From an uncultured Alphaproteobacteria bacterium (lineage in GTDB: Bacteria; Pseudomonadota; Alphaproteobacteria; Rhizobiales; Beijerinckiaceae): a DNA stretch of 64,000 nt. Below, in pieces: positions 26,857 through 38,132 of this stretch. A program made the translations under genes and the position numbers. Under the pieces are notes generated by a model. That model was not told the origin of the DNA. It worked only from the letters and a program-made list of their open reading frames with translations, and ran no database searches. Location: contig CAVZDY010000004.1 in assembly GCA_963774195.1 (NCBI GenBank), forward strand, positions 365,878-429,877. Direction: 5' to 3'. Every line of letters begins with the position of its first letter. Position 1 is the stretch's first letter.

Positions 26857-27471
26857 ATGGCGATTTCTCTCAACGGCGTCGATGCGGTCCTCGCGCTCGC
26901 GCTCGGCTATCTCCTCGGCTCGATTCCGTTCGGCCTGTTGCTGACGCGCATCGCCGGCACCGTCGATCTGCGCACCATCGGCTCCGGCAATATCGGCGCG
27001 ACCAACGTGCTGCGCACCGGCCGCAAGGATCTCGCTGCGGCGACGCTGGTCCTCGACGCGCTCAAAGCGACGGCCGCCTTCGTCTTGGCGGGCCTGCTTT
27101 TTAAGGACGAAGCGGCGTCGATCGCCGCGGCGGCGGGAGCTTTTCTCGGCCATGTCTATCCGGTCTGGCTGCGCTTTCGCGGCGGCAAGGGCGTCGCGAC
27201 CTTCGTCGGCGGCCTCATCGCCGCCTGCTGGCCGGCCGCAATCGGCTTCGCCGTCGTCTGGCTCGCCGTCGCGGCGACGACCCGCTATTCCTCGCTCGCC
27301 GCGCTGGCGGCGAGCCTCGTTGCACCGCTCATCGCGCTTGCGGTCGGCTCGAGCGCCGTCGCCTCCGCCTTCGGCTTGCTCGCCCTGTTGCTGTGGATGA
27401 AGCACAGCGCGAACATCGCTCGCCTCCTCGGGGGGACCGAAAGCAAGATCGGCCGAAGGGGCGCCGCGTGA
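26857..27471 (+). CDS. plsY: Glycerol-3-phosphate acyltransferase
   Basis: [43 protein letters not shown] motifs. Confidence 0.95.
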   Translation: MAISLNGVDAVLALALGYLLGSIPFGLLLTRIAGTVDLRTIGSGNIGATNVLRTGRKDLAAATLVLDALKATAAFVLAGLLFKDEAASIAAAAGAFLGHVYPVWLRFRGGKGVATFVGGLIAACWPAAIGFAVVWLAVAATTRYSSLAALAASLVAPLIALAVGSSAVASAFGLLALLLWMKHSANIARLLGGTESKIGRRGAA

Positions 27472-28685
27472 GCAAAGGCTCCAAGCCGGCGCGTCTCGAC
27501 GACGATCAGCGGTTCGACTGGCTGCGGCTGATTCGCTCGGAGAATGTCGGCCCGCGCACGTTCCGCGCCCTGATCGAGCGCTACGCGAGCGCCCGCGCCG
27601 CGCTCGCCGCTTTGCCCGACCTCGCCCAGCGCGGCGGCGCGAAACGGCCGATCCGCGTCGCGACGATCGGCGAGATCGAGCGCGAATTCGCGGCCGCGCA
27701 AAAGCTCGGCGCGCGCTTCATCGCGCTCGGCGAGCCCGAGTATCCGCCGGCGCTGCGGCAAATCGACGCCGCGCCGCCCGTCCTCGCGCTGCTCGGGCGC
27801 GAAGAGGCGCTGCAGCAGCCCGCCGTCGCGATCGTCGGCTCCCGCAACGCCTCGGCGGCGGGGCTGACCTTCGCGGACAGGCTCGCGCGCGGCCTCGGCC
27901 AGGAGGGCTATGTCGTCGTCTCCGGCCTGGCGCGCGGCATCGATCAGGGCGCCCATGTCGCCGCCCTGCCGACCGGCACGATCGGCGTGCTGGCGGGCGG
28001 CCTTGCAAAGCCCTATCCGCCAGAGGCCACAGCGCTGCTGCCGCGTATCGCCGAATACGGCGCCGTCCTTTCCGAGATGCCGATCGAATGGGAACCGCGC
28101 GGCCGCGATTTCCCGCGTCGCAACCGCATCGTCTCCGGCCTCTCGCTCGGCACGGTGATCGTCGAGGCGGCGCGCGGCTCGGGATCGCTCATCACCGCCC
28201 GCTTCGCCGTCGAGCAGAACCGCGAGGTGTTCGCCGTGCCCGGTTCGCCGCTCGATCCGCGCGCCGAGGGAACCAACGACCTGCTGCGCGATGGCGCCAA
28301 CCTCTGCGCCCGCACGGAGGACGTCCTCGCCGTGCTCGATCCGCTACGCGCGCGCAACCCGTTCGGCAGCTTCGAGGAGAGCGGTCGCGAGATCGGCGAT
28401 CCGCTCTGGAGCGAATCCGACCTCTTCGGCGCAGACCCCGATGCCACGCCGCGGGCCGAGAGCGCCGAGCCGTTCGAGGTAGACGCGGGCGAACGGGGCA
28501 CCTCGCCGCTCCGCCGCATCGAAGCCCTGCTCGGCCCGTCCCCGGTGTCGATCGACGATCTCGCCCGCGCCGCCGAAGTCTCGCCGCGCGAGATCAGGGC
28601 AGTGCTGATCGAGCTCGAACTTGCCGGGCGCATCGAACATCACGGCGGCGACCGGGTGGCCTTCGTCGCGCCGACGACGGATTAG
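27468..28685 (+). CDS. dprA: DNA processing protein DprA
   Basis: [43 protein letters not shown] motifs. Confidence 0.95.
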   Translation: MSKGSKPARLDDDQRFDWLRLIRSENVGPRTFRALIERYASARAALAALPDLAQRGGAKRPIRVATIGEIEREFAAAQKLGARFIALGEPEYPPALRQIDAAPPVLALLGREEALQQPAVAIVGSRNASAAGLTFADRLARGLGQEGYVVVSGLARGIDQGAHVAALPTGTIGVLAGGLAKPYPPEATALLPRIAEYGAVLSEMPIEWEPRGRDFPRRNRIVSGLSLGTVIVEAARGSGSLITARFAVEQNREVFAVPGSPLDPRAEGTNDLLRDGANLCARTEDVLAVLDPLRARNPFGSFEESGREIGDPLWSESDLFGADPDATPRAESAEPFEVDAGERGTSPLRRIEALLGPSPVSIDDLARAAEVSPREIRAVLIELELAGRIEHHGGDRVAFVAPTTD

Positions 28686-28708
28686 TACGTTCAGCCGTTA
28701 TGCGGAGC

Positions 28709-28836
28709 CGTCTTTGCGAGCGGAGCGAAGCAATCCAGCGATTGAGGCCTCGCCAGAAAGTCGCGAGTTGTTTCGTGGGCGCCTCAATCGGCTGACGCTT
28801 CGATCTCTGGATCGCCGCGCTTCGATCGTGATGACG
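28709..28836. repeat. REP-like palindromic element
   Basis: CGTCTTTGCGAGCGGAGCGAAGCAATCCAG ... CTGGATCGCC...GATGACG ends, with an internal CGATTGAGGC/GCCTCAATCG hairpin. Confidence 0.7.
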
Positions 28837-29055
28837 CCTGCGGTCCGGTTCAACCAAAAGACAGCGTTTTCTAGCGCCATCTTTACTGCCGGCGCTGAAG
28901 TTTTACATCGACTACCAGCTCGAATTCCTACATCCGTACTTAGCAAATCTGTGCGGCAACAAAGGAACGCTTGATATCCAATGGAATATAGCGTAGCGTC
29001 CGGCCAACTTCGGCGGCGCGACGGGCGTCCATACAACCATCCCCGAGGCAAGCTC

Positions 29056-29970
29056 ATGGGCAGACTGACCACCGCCGCCGCCATGATTGCGGCGACTCTC
29101 ACAATCTCCTCAACCGCCGCACACGCAGACACCATCCGGATCGCCTACGCGGGCTCTATGGGCGTCGTCATGGACAAAGGTCTTGGCCCGGCCTTCTCGA
29201 AACAGACGGGGGACGAGTTCCAGGGCATCGGGCAAGGCGCCTATGGGCTTGCGCGACTGATCGCCGGCGGCCAGGTGCAGGCCGACGTCTTTGTTTCGAT
29301 CACGCCCGGACCGATCCGCATTCTCCAGGACGCCGGCCTCGTCGGACAGGCCGTGCCGGTGGCGAGCACATCGATGGTGATCGTCTACAACGACAAGGGG
29401 CCGTATGCTGCGCAATTTGCCGCTGCGCGCAAGGGCAAAGCCGAATGGTGGAAGGTGCTCGAGACGCCGGGCCTCAAATTCGGCCGGACGGATCCGGCAA
29501 CCGACCCGCAGGGACAGAACATCATCTTCACAATGCTGCTCGCGGAGCGATACTACAAGCAGCCCGACCTCGACGCGAAAGTGCTGGGAGACGTCACCAA
29601 CCCACAGGAGGTGTTCGCCGAGGGTTCGGTGATGGCGCGGGTCCAGGCGGGGCAGCTCGACGCGAGCTCCGGCTATGAAAGCGCGGCGGTGTCGGCCAAG
29701 ATGCCGTTCATCGCGCTCCCCGACGAGATCAATCTCAGCAATCCCGCATTGCAATCGGAATGGTACGACAAGGTCAGCTTCAATCTCCCCGGCAAGGACG
29801 GCAAGCCGAAGGAGATCAAGCCTCAGCCGATGGTGTTCTATGCCGCCGTCCTGAAGAATAGTAAGAATCCCTCCGGCGCCGCCCACTTCCTCGATTTCCT
29901 GACGAGCGCCGAGGGTCGGAAGATTTTCAAAGACAATGGCTACGGCGAACCCAAGGGTGACAAGATTTGA
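29056..29970 (+). CDS. Molybdate/tungstate ABC substrate-binding protein (WtpA/ModA-like)
   Basis: Signal peptide, YAGSM, DVFVS, GRTDPATDPQG, YES motifs. Confidence 0.8.
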   Translation: MGRLTTAAAMIAATLTISSTAAHADTIRIAYAGSMGVVMDKGLGPAFSKQTGDEFQGIGQGAYGLARLIAGGQVQADVFVSITPGPIRILQDAGLVGQAVPVASTSMVIVYNDKGPYAAQFAAARKGKAEWWKVLETPGLKFGRTDPATDPQGQNIIFTMLLAERYYKQPDLDAKVLGDVTNPQEVFAEGSVMARVQAGQLDASSGYESAAVSAKMPFIALPDEINLSNPALQSEWYDKVSFNLPGKDGKPKEIKPQPMVFYAAVLKNSKNPSGAAHFLDFLTSAEGRKIFKDNGYGEPKGDKI

Positions 29971-29993
29971 CGCGGTTCGGCAAAGCTTTCCCC

Positions 29994-30776
29994 ATGAAGC
30001 CGCCCGCGCCATGGCATTCCCGGTGGCGCGGCGCCCTACCTGTAACCGGCGGCGTCGTCCTTGCGATGCTCGCTGCCCCATTCCTCGCCTTGGCGACGCA
30101 AACGCGCTGGTCGGCGTTCGCGCTGGCCGACGGCGATCTTGCCGCAATACGAGTCTCGGTTGGCTACGGCGCGCTGGCGCTGGTGTTCATCTTTGTCCTG
30201 GGCACGCCGGTGGCGTGGTGGTTGGCGCGAGCGCGCTTCACAGGAAAATGGATCGCTGACGTTCTGCTGCTGCTGCCTTTGCTCTCGCCGCCCCTGGCGC
30301 TCGGCATCTTGCTTGCTTCTTTCTATGGTCCGTATGGTCCGGCGGGCTCGTTATTGTCGCGGGCCGGCTTTCTCTTGGCGAATAATGCCGCCGCTTTCGT
30401 GCTCGCGACATGCTACGGGACCGGCCCGTACTACATCGTGGCGGCGCGAGCTGCCTTCGAATCCGTACCCGGCGAAATGGAGCGCATTGCGCTAACGCTG
30501 GGTAAGCGACCGTGGCAAACGTTTGTCCTCGTGACGCTCCCCCTCGCCCGCAACGGTCTCATCGCCGCGATCGCAGTCGCCTGGGTTAGGGCGCTTGGGG
30601 AGTTCGGCATCGTGCTCGTGGTTGCCTACTATCCGCAGGGCATGCCTGTGAAGCTTTGGGTGAATCTCCAAGACGTCGGGCTGGACGCCGTCTATCCGCT
30701 TCTGTGGGCGTTCTTCCTTGTCGCCATGCCGCTGCCGCTGCTTCTGCGCGCCTTCGCGCGACAGTATGGACCGTGA
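29994..30776 (+). CDS. Molybdate/tungstate ABC permease (ModB-like)
   Basis: LPLLSPPLALG, EAA-loop-like EMERIALTLG, WVRALGEFG. Confidence 0.85.
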   Translation: MKPPAPWHSRWRGALPVTGGVVLAMLAAPFLALATQTRWSAFALADGDLAAIRVSVGYGALALVFIFVLGTPVAWWLARARFTGKWIADVLLLLPLLSPPLALGILLASFYGPYGPAGSLLSRAGFLLANNAAAFVLATCYGTGPYYIVAARAAFESVPGEMERIALTLGKRPWQTFVLVTLPLARNGLIAAIAVAWVRALGEFGIVLVVAYYPQGMPVKLWVNLQDVGLDAVYPLLWAFFLVAMPLPLLLRAFARQYGP

Positions 30777-30779
30777 TCG

Positions 30780-31469
30780 ATGGAGATCCGCTATCAGCTG
30801 AAGCAGCCGATCTTGCTCGACGTCCGCTTCGAGGTCGAAGGCTTCACGGTGATGATGGGCCGCAGCGGCCAAGGCAAGACATCCTTGCTGCGCGCGATCG
30901 CGGGCCTCCTGCCCGCCGAAGGAACGCCCTATGGCGGGCTTGCGCCCTACGAACGCCCGATTGGCTATGTGCCGCAGGATCTGTGCCTGTTCCCGCATCT
31001 CTCGGTCTGGCGAAATGTCGCCTTCGGTGTGGCCTCGCCAGGGAAGCGCGATATTGCAATGCGCCTGCTTGATCTTTTCGGGCTCGGAGGTTTGGCGGAT
31101 CGCGAGCCGGCGCAACTCTCCGGCGGGCAGCAGCAGCGCGTCGCGCTCGCGCGGGCGCTTGCGCCCAGTCCCGAACTCCTATTGCTCGACGAGCCGACCT
31201 CCGCCCTCGATCCTGTGACCCGCGACGAAGTGCTGGCTGAACTGCGCGGCGTCTGCGGCAAGAATGGGCCGGTCATCCTGGCCGTCACGCACGACCGCCA
31301 GACGGCGCTTGCGGCTGATCGCCTCGTGATCCTCGATCACGGATACATCGTGCAGCAAGGACCGCCGCACGAACTCGCGCGCAATCCTCGCGACGAGAAT
31401 GTGGCGCGGCTGCTGGGTTGCTCGATCGGCGCTCCCTACGCGGGGCGCGGAATCGGCGCCGTCGGATAG
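30780..31469 (+). CDS. ABC ATP-binding protein (ModC-like)
   Basis: GRSGQGKT, LSGGQQQR, LLLDEP. Confidence 0.9.
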   Translation: MEIRYQLKQPILLDVRFEVEGFTVMMGRSGQGKTSLLRAIAGLLPAEGTPYGGLAPYERPIGYVPQDLCLFPHLSVWRNVAFGVASPGKRDIAMRLLDLFGLGGLADREPAQLSGGQQQRVALARALAPSPELLLLDEPTSALDPVTRDEVLAELRGVCGKNGPVILAVTHDRQTALAADRLVILDHGYIVQQGPPHELARNPRDENVARLLGCSIGAPYAGRGIGAVG

Positions 31470-32222
31470 ATCGCAATTCCGTCCTGCTCGAGGCGAACAA
31501 TCCGACAATCGACGCCGTAGATTTCTGCAATGCGCGGACGCGTGAGGGCGTCGTGCAGCCCTCCCGCATAGGCGAGGCGTCCCTCATCGAGCATTGCCGC
31601 TTGATCGGCGTAGCGGGCTGCGAGGTTGAGATCGTGCAGGACCATGACGGTGGCGATCGCATTTCGCTTGGTATAGTCGCTGACGACGTCGAGCAGATGC
31701 AGTTGGTTCGCCAGATCGAGCGCCGAGGTGGGCTCGTCGAGCAGCAGCAGACGCGGCCGCCGAACCAGCGCTAGGGCCAGGCCCACAAGCTGACGCTGGC
31801 CGCCGGACATCGCGCCAATCGGGCGATGGGCGAGATCGCCGAGGGCGAGCATGGCGAGCACGTCCTCCGCGCGCGCAAGGTGATCCGGCGCCACGCGCCA
31901 ACCCAGGCGATTTCCATTGAGCGCAAGCAGAAGCAGATCGAGCGTGGTCAGATCGCCGGAAGCGACGGAAGGTTCCCTGCGCGACATAGCCGATATAGCG
32001 CGCCCGCGCCGCCGGGCTCAGGCCAGTCAGAACGACATCGTCGAGAACGACCTCGCCGCGAGTCGGGAGAAGGCCAGCCAGACCCCGGATCAGCGTGCTC
32101 TTGCCGGCGGCGTTGCGGCCAAGCAGAGCAAGGCGTCGCCCGGGCGCGACTTCCAGCGAGACGTCAGTGACGATGCGCTTACGACCGATCTGGACGGAGA
32201 GGTTTTTGATGCGAAGGCTCAA
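31436..32222 (-). CDS. Iron-complex/cobalamin ABC ATP-binding protein (apparent frameshift near 31976)
   Basis: GRNAAGKST in one frame; MSGGQRQ, LLLDEPTSALD, VLHDLNLA in the next. Confidence 0.85.
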
Positions 32223-33322
32223 TGGTGTCTTCTGAGGCGCTTGTGAATGATCTGCAGGAGGAAGAAAGGCACGCCGAACAGGGACGTCAGCATGCCTATC
32301 GGCAGGACGACGCCCGGTACGATGAGCTTGCTCGCGAGTGATGCCGTCGTCAGCAAGAGCGCGCCGAGAGCCGCAGTCATCAAGAGCGCGAAGCGCTGAT
32401 CTTCACCTACCAGCAGCCGCGCGATTTGTGGCGCGACGAGGCCGATGAAGCCGACGATCCCGATCGTCGAGGTGGCGGCGGCGGCCAGGATCGCCGCGGC
32501 CACCATCATTCCGATACGAAGCCGCTGGACTCTGATCCCGTGAACGATGGCCTCGTCGCCAAGCCCCCGCAGCGTGGTCAAAGCCCAGGCCTGGAGAAGA
32601 ACGACAGGAAGCACGACAAGGAGAATAACGCCGTTGAGGTCAGCCTTCAGCCACGTCGCGCGCAACAGCGAACCGAGCAGCCAGAAGATCAGCGATTGGA
32701 GCTGGTTCGGGTCCGCGACATATTGCGCGAAGGCGAGAAGAGCGCTGAACGTGAAATGCACGGCGATGCCAATGAGCGTGACGCTCTCCGTGCCAAGGCC
32801 CAGCCAAATCGAAAGGCCGGCAATCAGGATGACGGCGACGAGGGCGAAGACGAAGGCGTCGCCGGCGACGAACAATTCCGCCGGCATCCACCCGGAAAAG
32901 CTCATGATCGAGGTTTGAAAGACAATCGCGACGGCCGCCCCAAAAGCCGCGGCCGAGGAGATTCCGAGAGTGAACGGCTCAGCAAGTGGATTGTTCAGGG
33001 CGGTCTGCATCAGCGAGCCGGCGATCGCGAGCTCGACGCCGGCGAAGGCGGCGACGAGCGTCATTGGCGCACGGATGCTCCAGATCACCGCATGGACCGT
33101 CGGATCCGCACTACCAGGGGAAAACAGGCCTGCCAGGACGTCTGAGAAGGAGAGCGTGCCCGATCCCGCCATGAGATCGGCAAGCATGGCGAGACCGGCC
33201 AGGATCGTCACCAGGGCGAGCAGCGACGTCCGGACGAGGACCGATCGGCGGTATCGGATCGAGGTTTCAGTCGATCCGATCAGCGGGGCCGCAGGGGATG
33301 CGAGGCGCGCGTCGTGGATCAA
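32219..33322 (-). CDS. FecCD/BtuC-family ABC permease
   Basis: NNPLAEPFTLGISSAA, GIVGFIGLVAPQIAR, LPIGMLTSLFG; TTG start overlapping the upstream stop. Confidence 0.9.
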   Translation of the reverse strand: MIHDARLASPAAPLIGSTETSIRYRRSVLVRTSLLALVTILAGLAMLADLMAGSGTLSFSDVLAGLFSPGSADPTVHAVIWSIRAPMTLVAAFAGVELAIAGSLMQTALNNPLAEPFTLGISSAAAFGAAVAIVFQTSIMSFSGWMPAELFVAGDAFVFALVAVILIAGLSIWLGLGTESVTLIGIAVHFTFSALLAFAQYVADPNQLQSLIFWLLGSLLRATWLKADLNGVILLVVLPVVLLQAWALTTLRGLGDEAIVHGIRVQRLRIGMMVAAAILAAAATSTIGIVGFIGLVAPQIARLLVGEDQRFALLMTAALGALLLTTASLASKLIVPGVVLPIGMLTSLFGVPFFLLQIIHKRLRRHH

Positions 33323-34464
33323 GGCGCGATCTCTGGCGCTGGCGCCGCGAAGATGAAAGGCTCGTCGGGGATCTGCGTGAATCGCTCGATGATCGTGCGA
33401 TAGGTGCGGTCTGGATCGACGTCGGAGAAGAGGTTCGGGTAGGCGAACTTCGCCAGCCATTCCAGCGCGACGATGTTGAAGGGGTGGCTGTAGAACAGGT
33501 GCCAGAGGCCGAACACCCTGCCGTTTCGCGCAGCCGTGGAAGCGTCGAAGCCGGGTCGTTTCTCAAGCGTCTGGAGCGCCGCGTCGATGTCGGCGCGTTG
33601 GGCTCCGTAGCCGAATGGCGGCATCGCCGAGCCGCTCTTGTCAGTGATGCGGCCCGTCATGAGATACATGTCCGGTTGCTGCGCCAGCACCGTTTCCAGT
33701 GTGATGTCTCCGGTCCGCTTCGCGAGGAGCTCAGACCCGATGTTCTTGGCCCCGATCGCCTGGACGAGCAGCCCCCACCCGACATCGCCATGCGTTAAGC
33801 AGCACTGCTCCGGCCCTTGGCGCCCTGCGAGCGGCTCGACGAACACGCGGGGACGCTGCGAGCCCGGCACTGTCGCGATCGCCTTCTGCAGGCGCGTCAA
33901 ATGGTCGCTGTAGAAGCTCGTAAACTCTCCCGCTTCCGCCCGCCGGTTGAAGATCGCGCCCAACAAGGCGATCGACCGGGGCGTGTTCGCCACGGGATCG
34001 TCGAACAGGTCGACATAGACAATCGGGATGTTGAGCGCCGCCAATTGCTTGTCGACGCCCGCCGCCTCGAAGCTTCCCTTTGCTCGCAGTTCGGCGATGA
34101 CGAGTTGCGGCCGCTGGAGCAGCATCTCTTCGACATTGACCTGGCCGTCGTCGCCGAAGCCCATGTCGACAGCTTTGGCCGCCTCCGGCCATTTCGTCGA
34201 GAGAATCCGCCATGACCGCGGATCCTCGCGGGACTGAATGTTGTTCCAGACGACGAGCCGCTTGAACGGATCTGCCCGATCGAGCAGCGCAATCATCAGA
34301 ATATCGCGACCATCCTGCAGCCCGATCCGTTCGGGCTCTCCAGGGATCGTCACCTGCCGGCCGGCGAGATCCGTCACGGTGAGAGGATAGTCAGCCGCCA
34401 CAGCGGGGCCGAACCTGCCGCATAGGAAAACAGCGGCGCAAAGGAGCAGGAAAGCTTTCGTCAT
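33319..34464 (-). CDS. Iron-siderophore/cobalamin periplasmic binding protein
   Basis: Signal peptide, YPLTVTDLAGRQVTI..EPERI, VNVEEMLLQRPQLVI. Confidence 0.9.
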   Translation of the reverse strand: MTKAFLLLCAAVFLCGRFGPAVAADYPLTVTDLAGRQVTIPGEPERIGLQDGRDILMIALLDRADPFKRLVVWNNIQSREDPRSWRILSTKWPEAAKAVDMGFGDDGQVNVEEMLLQRPQLVIAELRAKGSFEAAGVDKQLAALNIPIVYVDLFDDPVANTPRSIALLGAIFNRRAEAGEFTSFYSDHLTRLQKAIATVPGSQRPRVFVEPLAGRQGPEQCCLTHGDVGWGLLVQAIGAKNIGSELLAKRTGDITLETVLAQQPDMYLMTGRITDKSGSAMPPFGYGAQRADIDAALQTLEKRPGFDASTAARNGRVFGLWHLFYSHPFNIVALEWLAKFAYPNLFSDVDPDRTYRTIIERFTQIPDEPFIFAAPAPEIAP

Positions 34465-34868
34465 CGTGGCGATGTCTCGGGGGAGCGCGCCGTGAGCGCC
34501 ATGAGCTCAAAGCGGCGAGAAAAATGGCTTGGGCTTATATACACGCCGCCGATTGAGCTGCAATGACGCTACTTTGTACTTGTTCTAACCTATGCGCACA
34601 AAACCGATATCGCGCATTTTCAGACTTCGGCAGTCTCACAGCCTCGGGGAGAATATTGGCGGCTGATAAACGTCTTGCGTTCGCCTGCCTCGCCCCGCGG
34701 TCGCGCCGATTGGCTAGGGCGTTCGCGAAAACTTGAAGCTGGTTCGAGCCCAGATGTCCAAAGGCTCCTGGCGCCATGTCCTCTCCGGCGAGAGTTCTGC
34801 TGTTTGATCGAACCAGCCAATCCTTTGCCGGCGTAAGACGCTTTCGCGGGACCATCCGCCCGGAGCCG

Positions 34869-34976
34869 CTGTCATGCCCGCCAAAGCGGGCATCCAGAGT
34901 GAAAGGGCGAAGGCCTGCGGCGGTTGTCTGGAACCCCGCTTTCGCGAGGGTGACAGCAGCGTCGCGTCGACCAAAA
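34869..34976. repeat. REP-like dispersed repeat, copy 1
   Basis: GTCATGCCCGCCAAAGCGGGCATCC...GGAACCCCGCTTTCGCGAGGGTGAC; inverted near-copy at 63165-63273. Confidence 0.85.
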
Positions 34977-35239
34977 AGCAGATGGCTCTAGGTCCTGGTG
35001 ACGAACATTGAACATGGCGCGCTCTTCTGCGCCGCCAAGCGAGGGAGGCCATTGGACCACCGAACCGCTACCCTATGGTCGCGCGCGAACTCGTGCTGGA
35101 TCCCGCCGCCGACGAACCTGCAGAGCCGCCGTATTCACGGCGAGCGAACGGCATCGTGTCGCGGACAAGATTGGCATGCGACAAAAAGCCAGAGCAGCTC
35201 TCTTTTCCACGGCGGCTTGGCGACAAGGCGCGCTGCGCT

Positions 35240-35578
35240 TCAGGACATCAGCGACTCCTCGGGCCTCGCCTGCCGGGTCGCGCTCGCCGAGCGCGCCGCC
35301 GTTTCGCTCTCGGCTCGCGCCATGGCGAGAAAATAGGCGAGGAGATCAAGCCCCGCGGCGGTCGCCATCGTCTCGAGTTGCGCGGTCATATCGGCGATGT
35401 AGTCCGCGACCGCGACCTCTTTGGAATCGCTATCGGATCGGCCCTGCCGTATTGGCGAGCCGAGACCCATTCTACGGCGCGGGCTTCGACGTTCGGCGTC
35501 CCTCATCACACCCATCGCCTCCCAACGACAAGCTTCAGTACGCGCATAAGGTGTACGCAGCGCCAAGGAGGGTTGCAA
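35240..35578 (-). CDS. Small conserved-type hypothetical protein; true start probably downstream
   Basis: ADYIADMTAQLETMATAAGLDLLAYFLAMARAE motif seen in small Rhizobiales proteins. Confidence 0.55.
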   Translation of the reverse strand: MQPSLALRTPYARTEACRWEAMGVMRDAERRSPRRRMGLGSPIRQGRSDSDSKEVAVADYIADMTAQLETMATAAGLDLLAYFLAMARAESETAARSASATRQARPEESLMS

Positions 35579-35605
35579 GATGTTTTTAACGATACGACGA
35601 TGGAT

Positions 35606-36115
35606 TTATTGCGCTGAATCCGGCGATCGTTTGTCCGCCGCGATGTTGGCCAGCCGGTCCAACGCGCCTTGCAGAATATAGGCCGCCGCCATCTTGTCGA
35701 CGACCTCCGCCCGCCGCGCGCGTGAGACGTCGGCGCCGATCATCGCTCGCGTGACCGCCGCGGTCGACAGGCGCTCGTCCCAGAACACGACCGGCGTTGG
35801 ATCGACGCGCGCAAGATTGCGCGCGAAAGCTCGCGTCGCCTGGACGCGCTGGCCCTCGCTTCCGTCCATGTTGAGCGGCAATCCGAGCACGAGCGCGAAG
35901 GCTTCGAATTTGCGGATCTGCTCGCCGAGCGCCTGCGCGTCACGCGAAAACTGCGAGCGCGTCAGGGTGACGAGCGGCGTCGCGATGCGCCGCTCGACGT
36001 CGGACAGCGCGAGCCCGATCGTCTTCGTTCCGAGATCAACGCCGATCAACCGCGCCTTGGCGGGCAACGTGGCGGCGAGAGCTTCGAGCGTGAGCGCGGC
36101 GGCGAGCATGGCCAA
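35606..36115 (-). CDS. ruvX: Holliday junction resolvase-like / pre-16S rRNA nuclease YqgF
   Basis: GVDLGTKTIGLALSD, GLPLNMDGSEG, WDERLST, VDKMAAAYILQG. Confidence 0.95.
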   Translation of the reverse strand: MAMLAAALTLEALAATLPAKARLIGVDLGTKTIGLALSDVERRIATPLVTLTRSQFSRDAQALGEQIRKFEAFALVLGLPLNMDGSEGQRVQATRAFARNLARVDPTPVVFWDERLSTAAVTRAMIGADVSRARRAEVVDKMAAAYILQGALDRLANIAADKRSPDSAQ

Positions 36116-36233
36116 GCGCTAGCACGCGGCGAGGCTGAGCTGAAGCCTCATTGCGCCAGCGAGCGCGTTGCCACGCCTGCACCTGCGATGTATGAGGTCC
36201 AACACGCCAAAGCCCGCGATTTCAGGAGCTCTC

Positions 36234-36521
36234 ATGTCCGTCGATCAGGCCACGGTCTGCCGCATCGCGCATCTCGCGCGCATCGCCGTGACCGACGCCG
36301 AAGTGCCGCATTTGCAGAACGAGATCAACGCCATTCTCGCCTTCATCGAGGAACTCAGCGCGGTCGACGTCTCCGGCGTCGAGCCCATGACTTCGGTCAT
36401 TCCGATGAAGCTGCCGATGCGCGAGGACGTGGTGACGGACGGCGAGATCGAACGCGCCGTGCTCGCCAACGCGCCGCTCGCCGAGGACGGCTTCTTCCTC
36501 GTGCCCAAGGTCATCGAATAA
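36234..36521 (+). CDS. gatC: Asp/Glu-tRNA amidotransferase subunit C
   Basis: [17 protein letters not shown]...VEPMTSV...NAP...FFLVPKVIE. Confidence 0.95.
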   Translation: MSVDQATVCRIAHLARIAVTDAEVPHLQNEINAILAFIEELSAVDVSGVEPMTSVIPMKLPMREDVVTDGEIERAVLANAPLAEDGFFLVPKVIE

Positions 36522-36552
36522 GCCGCCGCTCTCATTCGTCCCATTGCCTGAC

Positions 36553-38087
36553 ATGGATGCCGACTTGACCGACCTCACCGCCCTGACGCTCGCTGAAGCG
36601 CGCGACGCTCTGCGATCCCGCCGACTTTCCAGCGTCGAACTGACGCAGGCGCATCTCGACGCGATCGAGCGCGGCAGCGCCCTGAACGCCTATGTCGCGA
36701 CGACGCCGCAGCGCGCCCTGGAAATGGCGCGTGACAGCGACGCGCGGCTCGCATCCGGAGACGCGGGGCCGCTCGAAGGCCTGCCGATCGGCGTCAAGGA
36801 TCTCTACGCGACCCTCGGCGTTCACACGCAGGCGTGCAGCCACATTCTCGACCATTTCAAACCGCCTTACGAATCCACCGTCACCGCCAATCTCTGGCGC
36901 GACGGCGCGGTGATGCTCGGCAAGCTCAACATGGACGAGTTCGCGATGGGTTCGTCGAACGAGACCTCCTATTACGGCCCCGTCGCTTCGCCCTGGCTGC
37001 CGCCGAACTGGAGCGCCGATCAGGCGCGCGCTGCGCTTGCCGGCGACAAGCGCGGCCTGCTGACGCCGGGCGGTTCGTCCGGCGGTTCGGCCGCCGCCGT
37101 CGCCGCGCGCCTCTGCCTCGCCGCGACGGCGAGCGACACCGGCGGCTCGATCCGTCAGCCCGCCGCCTTCACCGGCACCGCCGGCGTCAAGCCGACTTAC
37201 GGGCGCTGCTCGCGCTTTGGCATGGTCGCCTTCGCCTCCTCGCTCGATCAGGCGGGGCCGATCGCGCGCACAGTGCGCGACTGCGCGATCATGCTGCGCT
37301 CGATGGCGGGCGCACGACCCGAAGGATTCGACCTGCGCCGACGCGCCGGTGCCGGACTACGAGGCCGCGATCGGCCGCTCGATCAAGGGGATGACGATCG
37401 GCATTCCCAGGGAATACCGCCTCGAGGGCATGAACCCCGAGATCGAGGCGCTGTGGCGGCGCGGCGCCGACTGGCTGCGTGACGCGGGCGCGAAGATCGT
37501 CGACGTCTCGCTGCCCAACACGCGCCACGCTTTGCCCGCCTATTACATCGTCGCGCCCGCCGAAGCCTCGAGCAACCTCGCGCGCTACGACGGCGTCCGC
37601 TATGGCTTGCGCGAACAGGGCGACGACATCATCGAACTCTATGAGAAGACGCGCGCCAAAGGCTTCGGCGCGGAAGTGCGCCGGCGCCTGATGATCGGCA
37701 CCTATGTGCTCTCGGCCGGCTATTACGACGCCTACTACGTGCGCGCGCAGAAAATCCGTACGCTCATCAAGCGCGACTTCGAGACTGTGTTCGCCAACGG
37801 CGTCGATGCGATCCTGACGCCGGCGACGCCGTCGGCGGCCTTCGGCATCGGCGAGAAAGGCTCAGCCGATCCGGTCGAAATGTATCTCAACGACGTCTTC
37901 ACCGTGACGGTCAACATGGCCGGCCTGCCGGGCCTCGTCGCCGCCTGCGGGCCTGTCGGGCGAGGGCCTGCCGCTCGGCCTGCAGGTGATCGGCCGGCCG
38001 TTCGACGAGGAGACCCTGTTCACGCTCGGCCACGCGATCGAGCAATCGGCGGGCGCCTCGCGACTGCCCGAGGCGTGGTGGGCCTGA
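36553..38087 (+). CDS. gatA: Asp/Glu-tRNA amidotransferase subunit A (apparent frameshifts near 37311 and 37945)
   Basis: [30 protein letters not shown]; consecutive parts lie in different frames. Confidence 0.9.
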
Positions 38088-38132
38088 GGCCACCGCGCGG
38101 TTTCTTGCGATCGTAAGTTTGGGATGAAACAC

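Noticed and set aside
34465-34860. Possible cobalamin riboswitch upstream of the FecCD/Btu-type operon
   Set aside because: No convincing B12-box or GCCACTG/CCCGCAACTGT core on the minus strand.
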